This document shows positions 56,243-64,000 of a DNA stretch of 64,000 bases, one piece after another. Both the position numbers and the translations under genes were made by a program. Under the pieces are notes generated by a model. That model searched no databases and had not been told where the DNA came from. It was given only the letters and a program-made list of their open reading frames with translations. The number at the start of each line of letters is the position of its first letter. The stretch's first letter is position 1. Origin of the DNA: Chloroflexota bacterium (GTDB lineage: Bacteria; Chloroflexota; Chloroflexia; Thermomicrobiales; UBA6265); the NCBI GenBank assembly GCA_023389575.1, contig JAEWEG010000006.1:5582-69581 (forward strand). Reading direction: 5' to 3'.

Positions 56243-57037
56243 ATGCAACGTTCCACCATCACCCCAGTCTCGCTGCTCCTGCTCCTCCTGTTCGCACTGG
56301 TCGTGCCATCCTCCGTCCAGCCGGCGACTCCGGCGTCACCAGCCGATGAATCGGACGAGGTTGGTCGGCTCGAACAGGGCGTCTACCGGGTCTACGCCAC
56401 CCGCGAGGGACTCGTCGGGGGATGGACCACCTCCGATCACGAAATCGTCGAGAACGACTTCTTCGTGGCGCTTCCCGCCTGCACCCCATCAAACTGCCCG
56501 GATGGCGCGCCTCGCGGAACCATGACCGCCTGTGGCGACTCGTGTTACGTGAAGGTGATCAATCCCGCCAACGACAAGTGCCGCGTCGAGCCGATCAAGG
56601 ACACTGGCCCCTGGTTCACGGTCGATGACTGGTGGAATCCAGAGAAGACGCGCTACCTGAACACCCTGCCGTCGACCTCGCCCGCGCTGCCTCAGGGGAT
56701 GCCCGCCGCCGAAGCCGCCCGCGAAGGATGGGATGTTGGCTATGGAGTCAGCCCAGCCGGCATTGGGTTTGACAACACGCATGAAATCTACGGCCGGCCG
56801 CGACGTGAAGTTGGCAATCGCGCCGCGATTGACCTGGCCGACGGCACCTGGTGGAACCTCGAACTTGTCGCGGCAGACACGATCGGAACGCATGTGGTGG
56901 TGCACATGCTCTGGCAAACCGGAGACGATCCGTATGCCGCCGCGATGGCCTGCGGTCACAAGCTCAATACCCCCGGCGAGGTCCCACCGCGTGCCAGCCC
57001 AGTCGCTTCTCCCATCCCGGCCACGCCCTCAACCTGA
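56243..57037 (+). CDS. secreted protein with RlpA/expansin-like double-psi beta-barrel (DPBB)-type domain
   Basis: ATG 56243 gives the signal peptide MQRSTITPVSLLLLLLFALVVPSS. The core reads YATREGLVGGWTTSDHEIVENDFFVALPAC...CYVKVINPANDKCRVEPIKDTGPWF. It is a paralog of the N-terminal domain of the next gene. Confidence 0.68.
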   Translation: MQRSTITPVSLLLLLLFALVVPSSVQPATPASPADESDEVGRLEQGVYRVYATREGLVGGWTTSDHEIVENDFFVALPACTPSNCPDGAPRGTMTACGDSCYVKVINPANDKCRVEPIKDTGPWFTVDDWWNPEKTRYLNTLPSTSPALPQGMPAAEAAREGWDVGYGVSPAGIGFDNTHEIYGRPRREVGNRAAIDLADGTWWNLELVAADTIGTHVVVHMLWQTGDDPYAAAMACGHKLNTPGEVPPRASPVASPIPATPST

Positions 57038-57223
57038 CCCGAGACAACTCCAACAACGAGCCTCTCGCGAACTGTCGAGGCGACGTATTCGGAGGGCCCA
57101 GAAAACCCACCTTCGCCCAGCCTTGTCAACGAATCTCGCGGCGAGTACCATCACCGGTATCTAACGGGTCCCTGCACAAATCAGCTCCACAATCGCCAAT
57201 CGGCGGCTTGCCGCGCGCGGCGA

Positions 57224-60200
57224 TTGCGTTACGCGATGGGGTTCGCCATGGCGCGTTATCGGCGGCGTCCTGCTGGACGGCTTTCTGGGCTCTCGATACT
57301 CGGTCTTGTCCTCATCCTGACCGCGATGGTTCCTCCCATTCCGATCCTGGCCGCCGATCCCCTCCCCACCAGCATGGTTGGCCAGGGAACGTATTACGTC
57401 TATGCGACCCGCGAGGGGCTCGTCGGCGGCACCACTTCGTCCGGACATCGCATCGTCGAGAACGATTTTTTCGTCTCGCTCCCGGCCTGCACGCCGCAAA
57501 ATTGCCCCCGAGGCGCGACCTGGGGCAACATGACCCAATGTGGGAGCCGCTGCTACGTCCGCGTTCTCAATCCGGTCACGAACCAGTGCCGGGTCGAACC
57601 CATCAAGGATATCGGCCCATGGTTCACCGTCGATGACTGGTGGAACCCGACCGAAACCCGCTATCTGAATACGCTCCCAACGAACCCGAACATCCTGCCG
57701 CAAGGCTATACCGCCTCCGACGCGGCGCGAGATGGGCTCGACGTGGGGTACGGTCGGGCCGGTTCCGGGATTGGTCGCGACAATACGCACCAGCTCGCCA
57801 ATCGGGGACCCCGGGCCGTCGGAAACCGCGCCGCGATCGACCTGGCCGACGGCACATGGCGCAACCTGCGCCTGACGTCTCCCGATACCATTGGTTCTCG
57901 AGTGTTCGTCACGCTCCTGTGGCAAAGCGGCGGCGATCCCGCCAGCGAGGCGGCCGCCTGCGGACACCCGCTTAATCAGCGGGGCGGCACCGGCTCCACG
58001 CTACCGGCTCAGCCCCAGAATCCATACCCCTATCCGCCTCCAGTCGCGACCGTCCCCGTCACCCCGGTGACAGACAGCTTCGCGATCGTCATCGCCACCG
58101 GCGGCGCCGGACTCCGCTGCCGCACCGCGCCCTCCACCGCCGGAGGGCACATCACGACCATGCCGGAAGGCACCCGCATACCGGTGAGGGGTGTCGCGCT
58201 CGGCGGTTGGCAACCCGTCACCTGCAATGGTCAGGACGGTTGGGCTTCCACATCCTATTTACGCGTGACCTACGCCACCGCCACGCCGACGCCTCCCTCC
58301 ACCGAGACTCCACCAGCTTCACCAACGGCCGATATCGGCACCCCTACCATGGAAGCTGGCACGCCTACGATGGCTTCAGGCACCCCGACCAGTGACACTG
58401 GAACGCCAACCGAGCAGCCGGCGACGCCGACGGAAACACCGGGAACGCCGACGCCCCCTACCGATGCAACCCCATCCGGCACCCCAACGAATGTACCGGC
58501 GAGCCCCACGCCAACAGTCCCTCCGCCTCCTGGTCGGGCCGTGGTCGCGGGCACGGGTGGAGCGGGCCTTCGCTGCCGTAACGCTCCCTCGACTGCCGGC
58601 GCGCGAATCACCGGGCTCGCCGAAGGGTCCACAATCGCCATTCGCGGTGCCGCGATCGGTGGTTGGATGCCAGTGACCTGCGCCGGCCAGGATGGATGGG
58701 TTTCCGCGAGCTACCTGCGCCTGATCGCGGCTCCGGCGCCCGCCACGCCGACGTCCACGCCTTCACCGGCCACAGGTACACCCACGACCACGCCTTCGTC
58801 TACCCCAGTCGTCACGCCTTCGGTGACGCCAACCAACCCATCCGGCCCGCAGCTGGGGGAAGCGATCGTAACCGGGACCGGCGGTCTCGGCCTGCGCTGC
58901 CGGAATGCGCCCTCGACGGCTGGCGGCCACATCACGACCATGGCGGAGGGCGCTCGCATCCAGGTCTCGGGACCGGCCACTGGAACGTGGCTTCCGGTGA
59001 AGTGCGGTGGGCGCGACGGCTGGGCCTCCACCACCTACCTGCGCGTCACTCGATCGACGGACCAAACGCCCACCCCTAACCCAACCTCGACGCCCGCGAC
59101 GACAGCTAACGGCACCGTCGCCAACTCGGGGGGCGCCAACGTGCGATGTCGTGCATTGCCGTCACTTCAGGGGACCATCCTCGCCAGCCTGGCTCCCGGC
59201 ACGACCGTCGAGATACTGGGTCCAGCCAACGGTGATTGGCTGCCTGTCCGCTGCGCTGGCCGCGATGGTTACATGTGGGCGGAATACGTTTCGGTCAGCG
59301 CGGTCCAGGTCTCTCGACAGATGACCCAACTCCAGTCGGAGCTTTTACAGGCCGACGACGAGACCGACGCGAACCTCGTGGAACCCGCTCCATCCCCTTC
59401 CGTTACCGAGGTTCAGGTCGCGACCGCTCCAGAACCGACCGAAGCTCCGGCCACAAACGCGCCCGAGCCCACGTCCCTGCCCGTGACCGGCAGCGGATAC
59501 ATCGCTAGCGACGATGGTGGCGCGATCAACTGCCGGGCGGAGCCTTCCACTGGCGCCGCGGTCATCACCGTGCTCCAGCACGGGGAGTGGATCGAAACTC
59601 GCGGCGTCCAAGCCGATGGGTGGCAAGGAGTCCGGTGCGCCGGGCTTGACGGATTCGTGGCCGCGCAATTCCTGAGCGACTCGCCTCCTCCGGCTCCAAC
59701 CGAACCAGCGCTCGAACCCGAGCCAGAATCGTCCCAAAGCAGCTCACCTTCGGAACCGCCGCCAGTTTCCGCGCCGGCCGGTTCGCATCCTCAGTTCGGT
59801 GGAAGCGTCCTGTATCCGGATTCCGCGTGGGATTCCAATGGCAACGCCTCCGTCTGGAACGTGCTTGACGGCGACGCTGGCTCTGCCTGGTCCTCGGTCC
59901 CTGGCGCCGGACAGGCAAGCATCACGGTCGACCTCGGTCAGTCATATCAGTTGACAGGCATCCGCTGGATGTTCAGCCAGTCCGGTGGCGCCAGCGACGT
60001 AGCACTGCTGGTGTCACAGGACGGCGAATCCTGGTCGCACGTCGCGTCTTCCTCGAACCGAGCACCTGGATCCTGGGAGGGAGCCTGGACCGAATCCACC
60101 GCGCGTTATGTCCGGATCGCGTTTACCAGCTCGGCGGGCGAGTCTGTGCTCGGGTACCTCGCCGAACTCCAGGTCTGGGGAGTCGCCGCGGGTTCCGCCA

Positions 60201-60295
60201 TCGAGTCGCCGGTGGAACCGGGCATTGCGAACCTAAATCGCCCGGTCGTTGGCGGTCGTCGCGCCCGGTTCGGCGGTAAACTTGTTGTAGCGTAA
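57224..60295 (+). CDS. large secreted multidomain protein: DPBB-like domain, five SH3b domains separated by PT linkers, C-terminal F5/8 type C (discoidin) domain
   Basis: The signal-like N-terminus (RRRPAGRLSGLSILGLVLILTAMV) and aa 52-250 are collinear with the 56243-57037 product. Five repeats follow the pattern GGxxLRCRxAPSTxGxxIxxxxEGxxIxVxGxxxxGWxPVxCxGxDGWxSxxYL. The C-terminal ~130 aa (aa ~856-986) are discoidin-like (SAWSS...VDLGQSYQLTGIRW...YVRIAF). The TTG start at 57224 is uncertain (ATG 57236 or 57248 possible). Confidence 0.8.
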   Translation: MRYAMGFAMARYRRRPAGRLSGLSILGLVLILTAMVPPIPILAADPLPTSMVGQGTYYVYATREGLVGGTTSSGHRIVENDFFVSLPACTPQNCPRGATWGNMTQCGSRCYVRVLNPVTNQCRVEPIKDIGPWFTVDDWWNPTETRYLNTLPTNPNILPQGYTASDAARDGLDVGYGRAGSGIGRDNTHQLANRGPRAVGNRAAIDLADGTWRNLRLTSPDTIGSRVFVTLLWQSGGDPASEAAACGHPLNQRGGTGSTLPAQPQNPYPYPPPVATVPVTPVTDSFAIVIATGGAGLRCRTAPSTAGGHITTMPEGTRIPVRGVALGGWQPVTCNGQDGWASTSYLRVTYATATPTPPSTETPPASPTADIGTPTMEAGTPTMASGTPTSDTGTPTEQPATPTETPGTPTPPTDATPSGTPTNVPASPTPTVPPPPGRAVVAGTGGAGLRCRNAPSTAGARITGLAEGSTIAIRGAAIGGWMPVTCAGQDGWVSASYLRLIAAPAPATPTSTPSPATGTPTTTPSSTPVVTPSVTPTNPSGPQLGEAIVTGTGGLGLRCRNAPSTAGGHITTMAEGARIQVSGPATGTWLPVKCGGRDGWASTTYLRVTRSTDQTPTPNPTSTPATTANGTVANSGGANVRCRALPSLQGTILASLAPGTTVEILGPANGDWLPVRCAGRDGYMWAEYVSVSAVQVSRQMTQLQSELLQADDETDANLVEPAPSPSVTEVQVATAPEPTEAPATNAPEPTSLPVTGSGYIASDDGGAINCRAEPSTGAAVITVLQHGEWIETRGVQADGWQGVRCAGLDGFVAAQFLSDSPPPAPTEPALEPEPESSQSSSPSEPPPVSAPAGSHPQFGGSVLYPDSAWDSNGNASVWNVLDGDAGSAWSSVPGAGQASITVDLGQSYQLTGIRWMFSQSGGASDVALLVSQDGESWSHVASSSNRAPGSWEGAWTESTARYVRIAFTSSAGESVLGYLAELQVWGVAAGSAIESPVEPGIANLNRPVVGGRRARFGGKLVVA
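58079..59677 (+). repeat. five in-CDS SH3b-domain repeats with Pro/Thr-rich linkers
   Basis: Repeat units at about 58079-58270, 58532-58723, 58856-59050, 59108-59299 and 59489-59677. The linkers encode TPT/PTP low complexity. Confidence 0.8.
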
Positions 60296-60405
60296 GTCCC
60301 GCGTCCAATGCGGTATCCCGGCATGGCGCGGACCGCCAGCGGGAGCAGGGCAGACCGGATTTCGCCGGGTTCCCGACCTCCCAAACATGGAAGCAGGTTT
60401 ACCTC

Positions 60406-60864
60406 ATGTACGATCGGATCATTGTCCCTCTCGACGGATCGGACCTCGCCAACGAAGCGCTCACCCACGCCAAGGAGCTTTCCAGGCGCCTGGATGCCGA
60501 GCTCCACCTCGTTCGCGCCATCGATCCCACCATGCTCAACCGCGTCGGCACGGTCGGCATGGGCTTCGACTACACGGTGGTGGACGAACTCCTCTCCGAG
60601 GAAGAGCAGGACGCCACGAAATTCATCGACGATCAGGTCGCCGCGCTCAGCGCGGAAGGTCTCAAGGTGAGCGGCGTCGTCCTTCGCGGATATGCCGCGG
60701 CCGCCATCATCTCGGTGACCCAGGCAGGCGATCTCATCGTCATGGCCTCGCACGGACGCACCGGCGTCCGCCGGTGGTTCCTCGGAAGCGTCGCCGAGGA
60801 AGTCCTCCGCCAATCCACCGTGCCCGTGCTCCTCATCCGCCAGCACGAGCCGGACGACAAGTAA
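60406..60864 (+). CDS. uspA: universal stress protein
   Basis: IIVPLDGSDLANEAL and IVMASHGRTGVRRWFLGSVAEEVLRQSTVPVLLI motifs. 152 aa. Confidence 0.87.
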   Translation: MYDRIIVPLDGSDLANEALTHAKELSRRLDAELHLVRAIDPTMLNRVGTVGMGFDYTVVDELLSEEEQDATKFIDDQVAALSAEGLKVSGVVLRGYAAAAIISVTQAGDLIVMASHGRTGVRRWFLGSVAEEVLRQSTVPVLLIRQHEPDDK

Positions 60865-60873
60865 TCACGGTGC

Positions 60874-60908
60874 CATCCGGGAGCGCCAAACATGGGCGCT
60901 CCCGGATG
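60874..60908 (+). terminator. intrinsic terminator hairpin after uspA
   Basis: 14-bp stem CATCCGGGAGCGCC / GGCGCTCCCGGATG, 10 nt after the stop. Confidence 0.7.
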
Positions 60909-61152
60909 ATCTTCATCTCGTCTTGAACCGCGTCCTTCGCCGCCACGCGTGGTGGCGTTTCCGGGATCCCGCCAGCGAACGCCTGGTGCACAAGCCTCGA
61001 TCACGCCCCTCCGCGCATTGACAGAACCCCGCCACGATGCGATCTTCAGACTCCGGACTCCAAACGCCACGTGGCGCCATGGCCGGTTTCACGTCGAGCA
61101 ATCGTGCCCGGATTCGGCTTGCCTATCGCGGTTGGCGGCCAGGCAGGCATCG

Positions 61153-62499
61153 ATGCAGCATCGCAAGGCAGGAATGGCGAAGCTCTCTCCCTCTCAACCG
61201 GTGGAACCTGATCGGTCCGCCCACTCCGAATCCACCGGCGCGCCGGATGACCGTCCACCGGGACGCTTTGCCGCCCTCGCCTACCGCAACTACCGCCTCT
61301 TTTTCTTCGGACAACTCATTTCGGTAACCGGTACGTGGATGCAGTCCCTCGCACAGTCGTATCTCGTGTACGACGTGCTCGATGCCTCGCCATTCCAGCT
61401 TGGGCTCGTCAATGTCTTCCAGTTCGCCCCGGTTCTGTTCCTGGGAATCCCCGCCGGCGTGATCGCCGACCGTTTCCCCAAACGGCCGTTGCTCGTATTC
61501 ACCCAGTCGACCTTTGCCATCCTCGCCGCCGTGCTAGCCCTGCTCGTCAGCTTCGGCCACGTCCAACTCTGGCAGGTTTACCTGATCGCCGGACTCTTCG
61601 GAATCACCAACGCCCTGGACATGCCGACCCGACAGTCCTTCGTGCCGGAACTCATTGGCAAGCACGCGCTGATGAACGCCATCGCGCTCAACTCCACCAT
61701 GTTCAACACAGGCCGGGTGATTGGCCCCGCCATCGCGGGCATGGTGCTGGCGGCGTTCGGGCCGGTCGTCTGTTTCGCGATCAACGCCATCTCCTACGGC
61801 GGGGTCATCACGGGCCTGTTGCTGATGAAGCTGGCGCCGATTGCCCGGACTCAGGCCGGGTCGGCCGCAACCCGGCTTCGCGAGGGCATCGACTATGTCC
61901 GCTCGACCCCGGCGATCTACAGGACCATCATCCTGGTTGGCGCGCTCGGCACCTTCGGCATGAACTTCAACGTGTGGGTGCCGATGCTCGCCTCGGACAG
62001 CTTCGAATCCGGTCCCGGCGCCTATGGCCTGCTCTTCACGGCAATGGGGCTCGGCTCGCTCTGCGGCGCGCTCACCCTGGCGATGTTTGGCCGTTCGCCG
62101 AATCGCAAACGAATGCTCGGCGCGGTCATCGCGCTCGGGGCCGTGGAGGTTGGTATCGCCGTCACCGCGACCATTCCGACGGCGGTCTTCGCCGGGGCGA
62201 TCGGGCTGGCGATCGCGGGCTTCCTTTCCAGCACCGCGATGGCCACCGCCAATACCTCCGTTCAAACCGTCGCCACATCCGAACTTCGTGGCCGGGTCAT
62301 GGCCGTGTACATGACGGTGTTCGCGGGATCGACCCCGCTCGGGGCGTTGCTCTCTGGAGGAATCGCCGACCGGTTCGGCATCCCAATCGCGATCGGATTC
62401 GGCGGTTTCGCCACGCTCATCGCCGCCGTCGCCATCGCCTGGGTCCAGCGCGAGCGCCTCGCGCCACCGCTGCAACACAAGGTAACGGGTTCCACCTGA
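61153..62499 (+). CDS. MFS transporter (MFS_3/EntS-like)
   Basis: About 12 TM helices. The N-terminal family pattern FAALAYRNYRLFFFGQLISVTGTWMQ and GVIADRFPKRPLL are present. Start is uncertain (61153 or 61174; ORF track gives 60949). Confidence 0.83.
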   Translation: MQHRKAGMAKLSPSQPVEPDRSAHSESTGAPDDRPPGRFAALAYRNYRLFFFGQLISVTGTWMQSLAQSYLVYDVLDASPFQLGLVNVFQFAPVLFLGIPAGVIADRFPKRPLLVFTQSTFAILAAVLALLVSFGHVQLWQVYLIAGLFGITNALDMPTRQSFVPELIGKHALMNAIALNSTMFNTGRVIGPAIAGMVLAAFGPVVCFAINAISYGGVITGLLLMKLAPIARTQAGSAATRLREGIDYVRSTPAIYRTIILVGALGTFGMNFNVWVPMLASDSFESGPGAYGLLFTAMGLGSLCGALTLAMFGRSPNRKRMLGAVIALGAVEVGIAVTATIPTAVFAGAIGLAIAGFLSSTAMATANTSVQTVATSELRGRVMAVYMTVFAGSTPLGALLSGGIADRFGIPIAIGFGGFATLIAAVAIAWVQRERLAPPLQHKVTGST

Positions 62500-62588
62500 T
62501 CAGCCCGCCGCTCAGGCCCTATCATTGCCGTACGGTCCTCCACCGGGACGACCATTCCGTTTGATGAAGATCGCTGGATGCCGCCCGC

Positions 62589-63599
62589 ATGTCATTTGGA
62601 CCGTTTGCCATCATCAGCCTCATCTACGTTGTTATCGGCATCCGTGTCGTCTACCAGCTGGTGGGGTCCTGGTCGTCGGTCTGGGATCGCCGCTTCACCC
62701 AGCAGGACCGCGGCATCGTGGACCAGGCCGCCTTCTTCGTCCTCGTTCCGGTTTCGGTCGCCCTGCACGAACTCGGCCACGCCAGCGCCATTTGGGCCAT
62801 GGGCGGTGAGGTCGTCGACTGGGGCTTCTACGGGTTCGCGGGCTTCGTCTCCTACTATCCGTTCCAGTTCACCGATGTGCAGCAGACGCTCATCGCCGCG
62901 GCCGGCTCGCTCGTCAACCTCATCCTGTGCCTGCTCGCCTTTGGCCTGGTCCTGCTCCGGCGCCCGCCGATGCGCGCCGCCTACAACGAACTCCTGATTC
63001 AGTTCGCATTTCTCTCCGGAGCAAATGCCTTCATAGTCTATCCATTGCTCGACCTCGCCTCGGGCATGAACGGCGACTGGCGCCAGATGTACGACAGCGG
63101 CGTGCCCTGGCTCACCGCGATCATCGTCATCATTCAGTTCGGCACGCTGGCCCTGGGGTACTGGCTCGCCACGAACCCGGAGATGAAGGCTCGTTTCGCC
63201 AGCCTCACGGATGTTCCGGGAGGCTTCGAACGAGGTCTCTTCGGCGGCATCAAGCCCGGTCACATCGACATCGCCACGCTCTCCCCCACCGAGCGCACCC
63301 TCCAGGAAGCCTCGGAGCGGGTCAGCAGTGGCTGGTCGCAGCCGGTCAAGACCCAGGTGCAGCGCTTCGACGCGGGAACCGCCGTCGTGCTGGAATGGGG
63401 CCAGCAGCCGGCCCGAAACGCCGTCGCCACCCGCGTCTTCAACAATGGCCGGACCGACATTGTCCGCCTCCACGCCGCCCGCGCCAGTGAGCAGCCACGT
63501 CCCCCGCAACTCCTGCATCAGTGGCAGGCGCTCCCCAACACCGACCAACTCACACTCGCACTCCGCGTCTCGATGGAAGCGATCGACCAGGCAGGCTAA
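62589..63599 (+). CDS. membrane HExxH metalloprotease-like protein (M50/M50B-like) with soluble C-terminal domain
   Basis: VSVALHELGHASAIWAMGG sits within a hydrophobic context. About 6 TM helices are followed by about 130 aa of soluble tail. Confidence 0.68.
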   Translation: MSFGPFAIISLIYVVIGIRVVYQLVGSWSSVWDRRFTQQDRGIVDQAAFFVLVPVSVALHELGHASAIWAMGGEVVDWGFYGFAGFVSYYPFQFTDVQQTLIAAAGSLVNLILCLLAFGLVLLRRPPMRAAYNELLIQFAFLSGANAFIVYPLLDLASGMNGDWRQMYDSGVPWLTAIIVIIQFGTLALGYWLATNPEMKARFASLTDVPGGFERGLFGGIKPGHIDIATLSPTERTLQEASERVSSGWSQPVKTQVQRFDAGTAVVLEWGQQPARNAVATRVFNNGRTDIVRLHAARASEQPRPPQLLHQWQALPNTDQLTLALRVSMEAIDQAG

Positions 63600-64000
63600 C
63601 CTGTCGCGCCGTCTCTCGGAATCTGTAAGAGAGCGGACGCCTTTCGGCCTCATCGCATCGCAGCTTCCCTGTCACCAGCAACATGTGCAGCAGGGGTCAA
63701 CTGTCCGCCTACTCGGAAATCAAGTTTGAGCCACGCTGAGCGCACCCTCGCCTGGCCAACGGCTTCTTCCTGGCCCGAGATGCCTCATCTGTCGCCACCG
63801 GAACCTGGTCAGGCGCGGTGCTGGTACAATGCCATCACTGAGACGGGCACAACATGAATCACGGTCGTTGGCGAAGGCGTGTACCCCATTCACGCTCGGC
63901 CCGCGACTAGTAATGAGTTGTTGCGTCCCGCCGAGGAATGGGGCCGAGTCATGCAGGCCGCCGGTTCACCCGAACCAGGCATATCGAATTGGAGAAGGAA

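Noticed and set aside
58270-59500. Periodic nucleotide repeats that might suggest a CRISPR-like or satellite array.
   Set aside because: They lie in frame inside a long ORF and encode SH3b domains and Pro/Thr linkers. The repeat units are ~190 nt and diverged, with no short identical direct repeats separated by unique spacers.
63836-63900. TPP (THI-box) riboswitch, suggested by GGUGC...CUGAGA...GGCGAAGG.
   Set aside because: The ACCC P2 partner, the ACCUGAUC...UAAU...GCG pyrimidine-sensor helix and the AGGGA closing motif are missing. Only the CUGAGA hexamer matches well.

Overview
GC-rich (about two-thirds G+C by eye, not computed) bacterial chromosomal segment. The Pro/Thr-rich linkers in secreted proteins, the gene content and the near-leaderless promoter geometry suggest a Chloroflexota/Thermomicrobia-like organism; this is inference only. 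I support about 50 protein-coding genes on both strands. I found no rRNA, tRNA or CRISPR array. The only mobile-element trace is a truncated IS630-type transposase N-terminus.

Gene content, left to right:
- Sugar ABC importer (5' end cut by the window), two signal-peptide-less Cys-type sulfatases and a GH4 glycosidase.
- Two GNAT genes, one fused to a DUF5694-like domain.
- glpK, a family-5 solute-binding protein and a LysE exporter.
- A PrsW-like polytopic protein with a zinc ribbon.
- DAHP synthase, preceded by a candidate aromatic leader-peptide attenuator.
- nhaA, pntAA-pntAB-pntB and sodA.
- A secreted protein with TSP3-type calcium-binding repeats.
- NDH-2, a PHP/CehA-type metallohydrolase and an EamA transporter.
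- An 869-aa head-to-tail fusion of two malic-enzyme modules.
- An IMPase-family gene, nagB, a beta-lactamase-family hydrolase and a bactofilin-like membrane protein.
- A large M14 peptidase with an N-terminal HTH, next to the IS630 remnant.
- cdd, then a translationally coupled sirtuin / hotdog thioesterase / deoxyribosyltransferase-like operon.
- A lower-GC, gene-poor stretch, an ArsR-DUF5937 regulator, and an integrase-like gene with a degenerate active site.
- manA, a GDP-mannose pyrophosphorylase, an M28 peptidase and a creatininase-family gene.
- Two paralogous secreted DPBB-like proteins; one is extended by five SH3b domains and a discoidin domain.
- uspA, an MFS transporter and an HExxH membrane protein.

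The most interesting items are the FYYWF leader ORF plus terminator upstream of aroF, and the tandem malic-enzyme pseudo-dimer.

Limits: all family calls come from motif recognition by eye, with no database search. Many start codons are uncertain. Long antisense ORFs, typical of high-GC DNA, were discarded.
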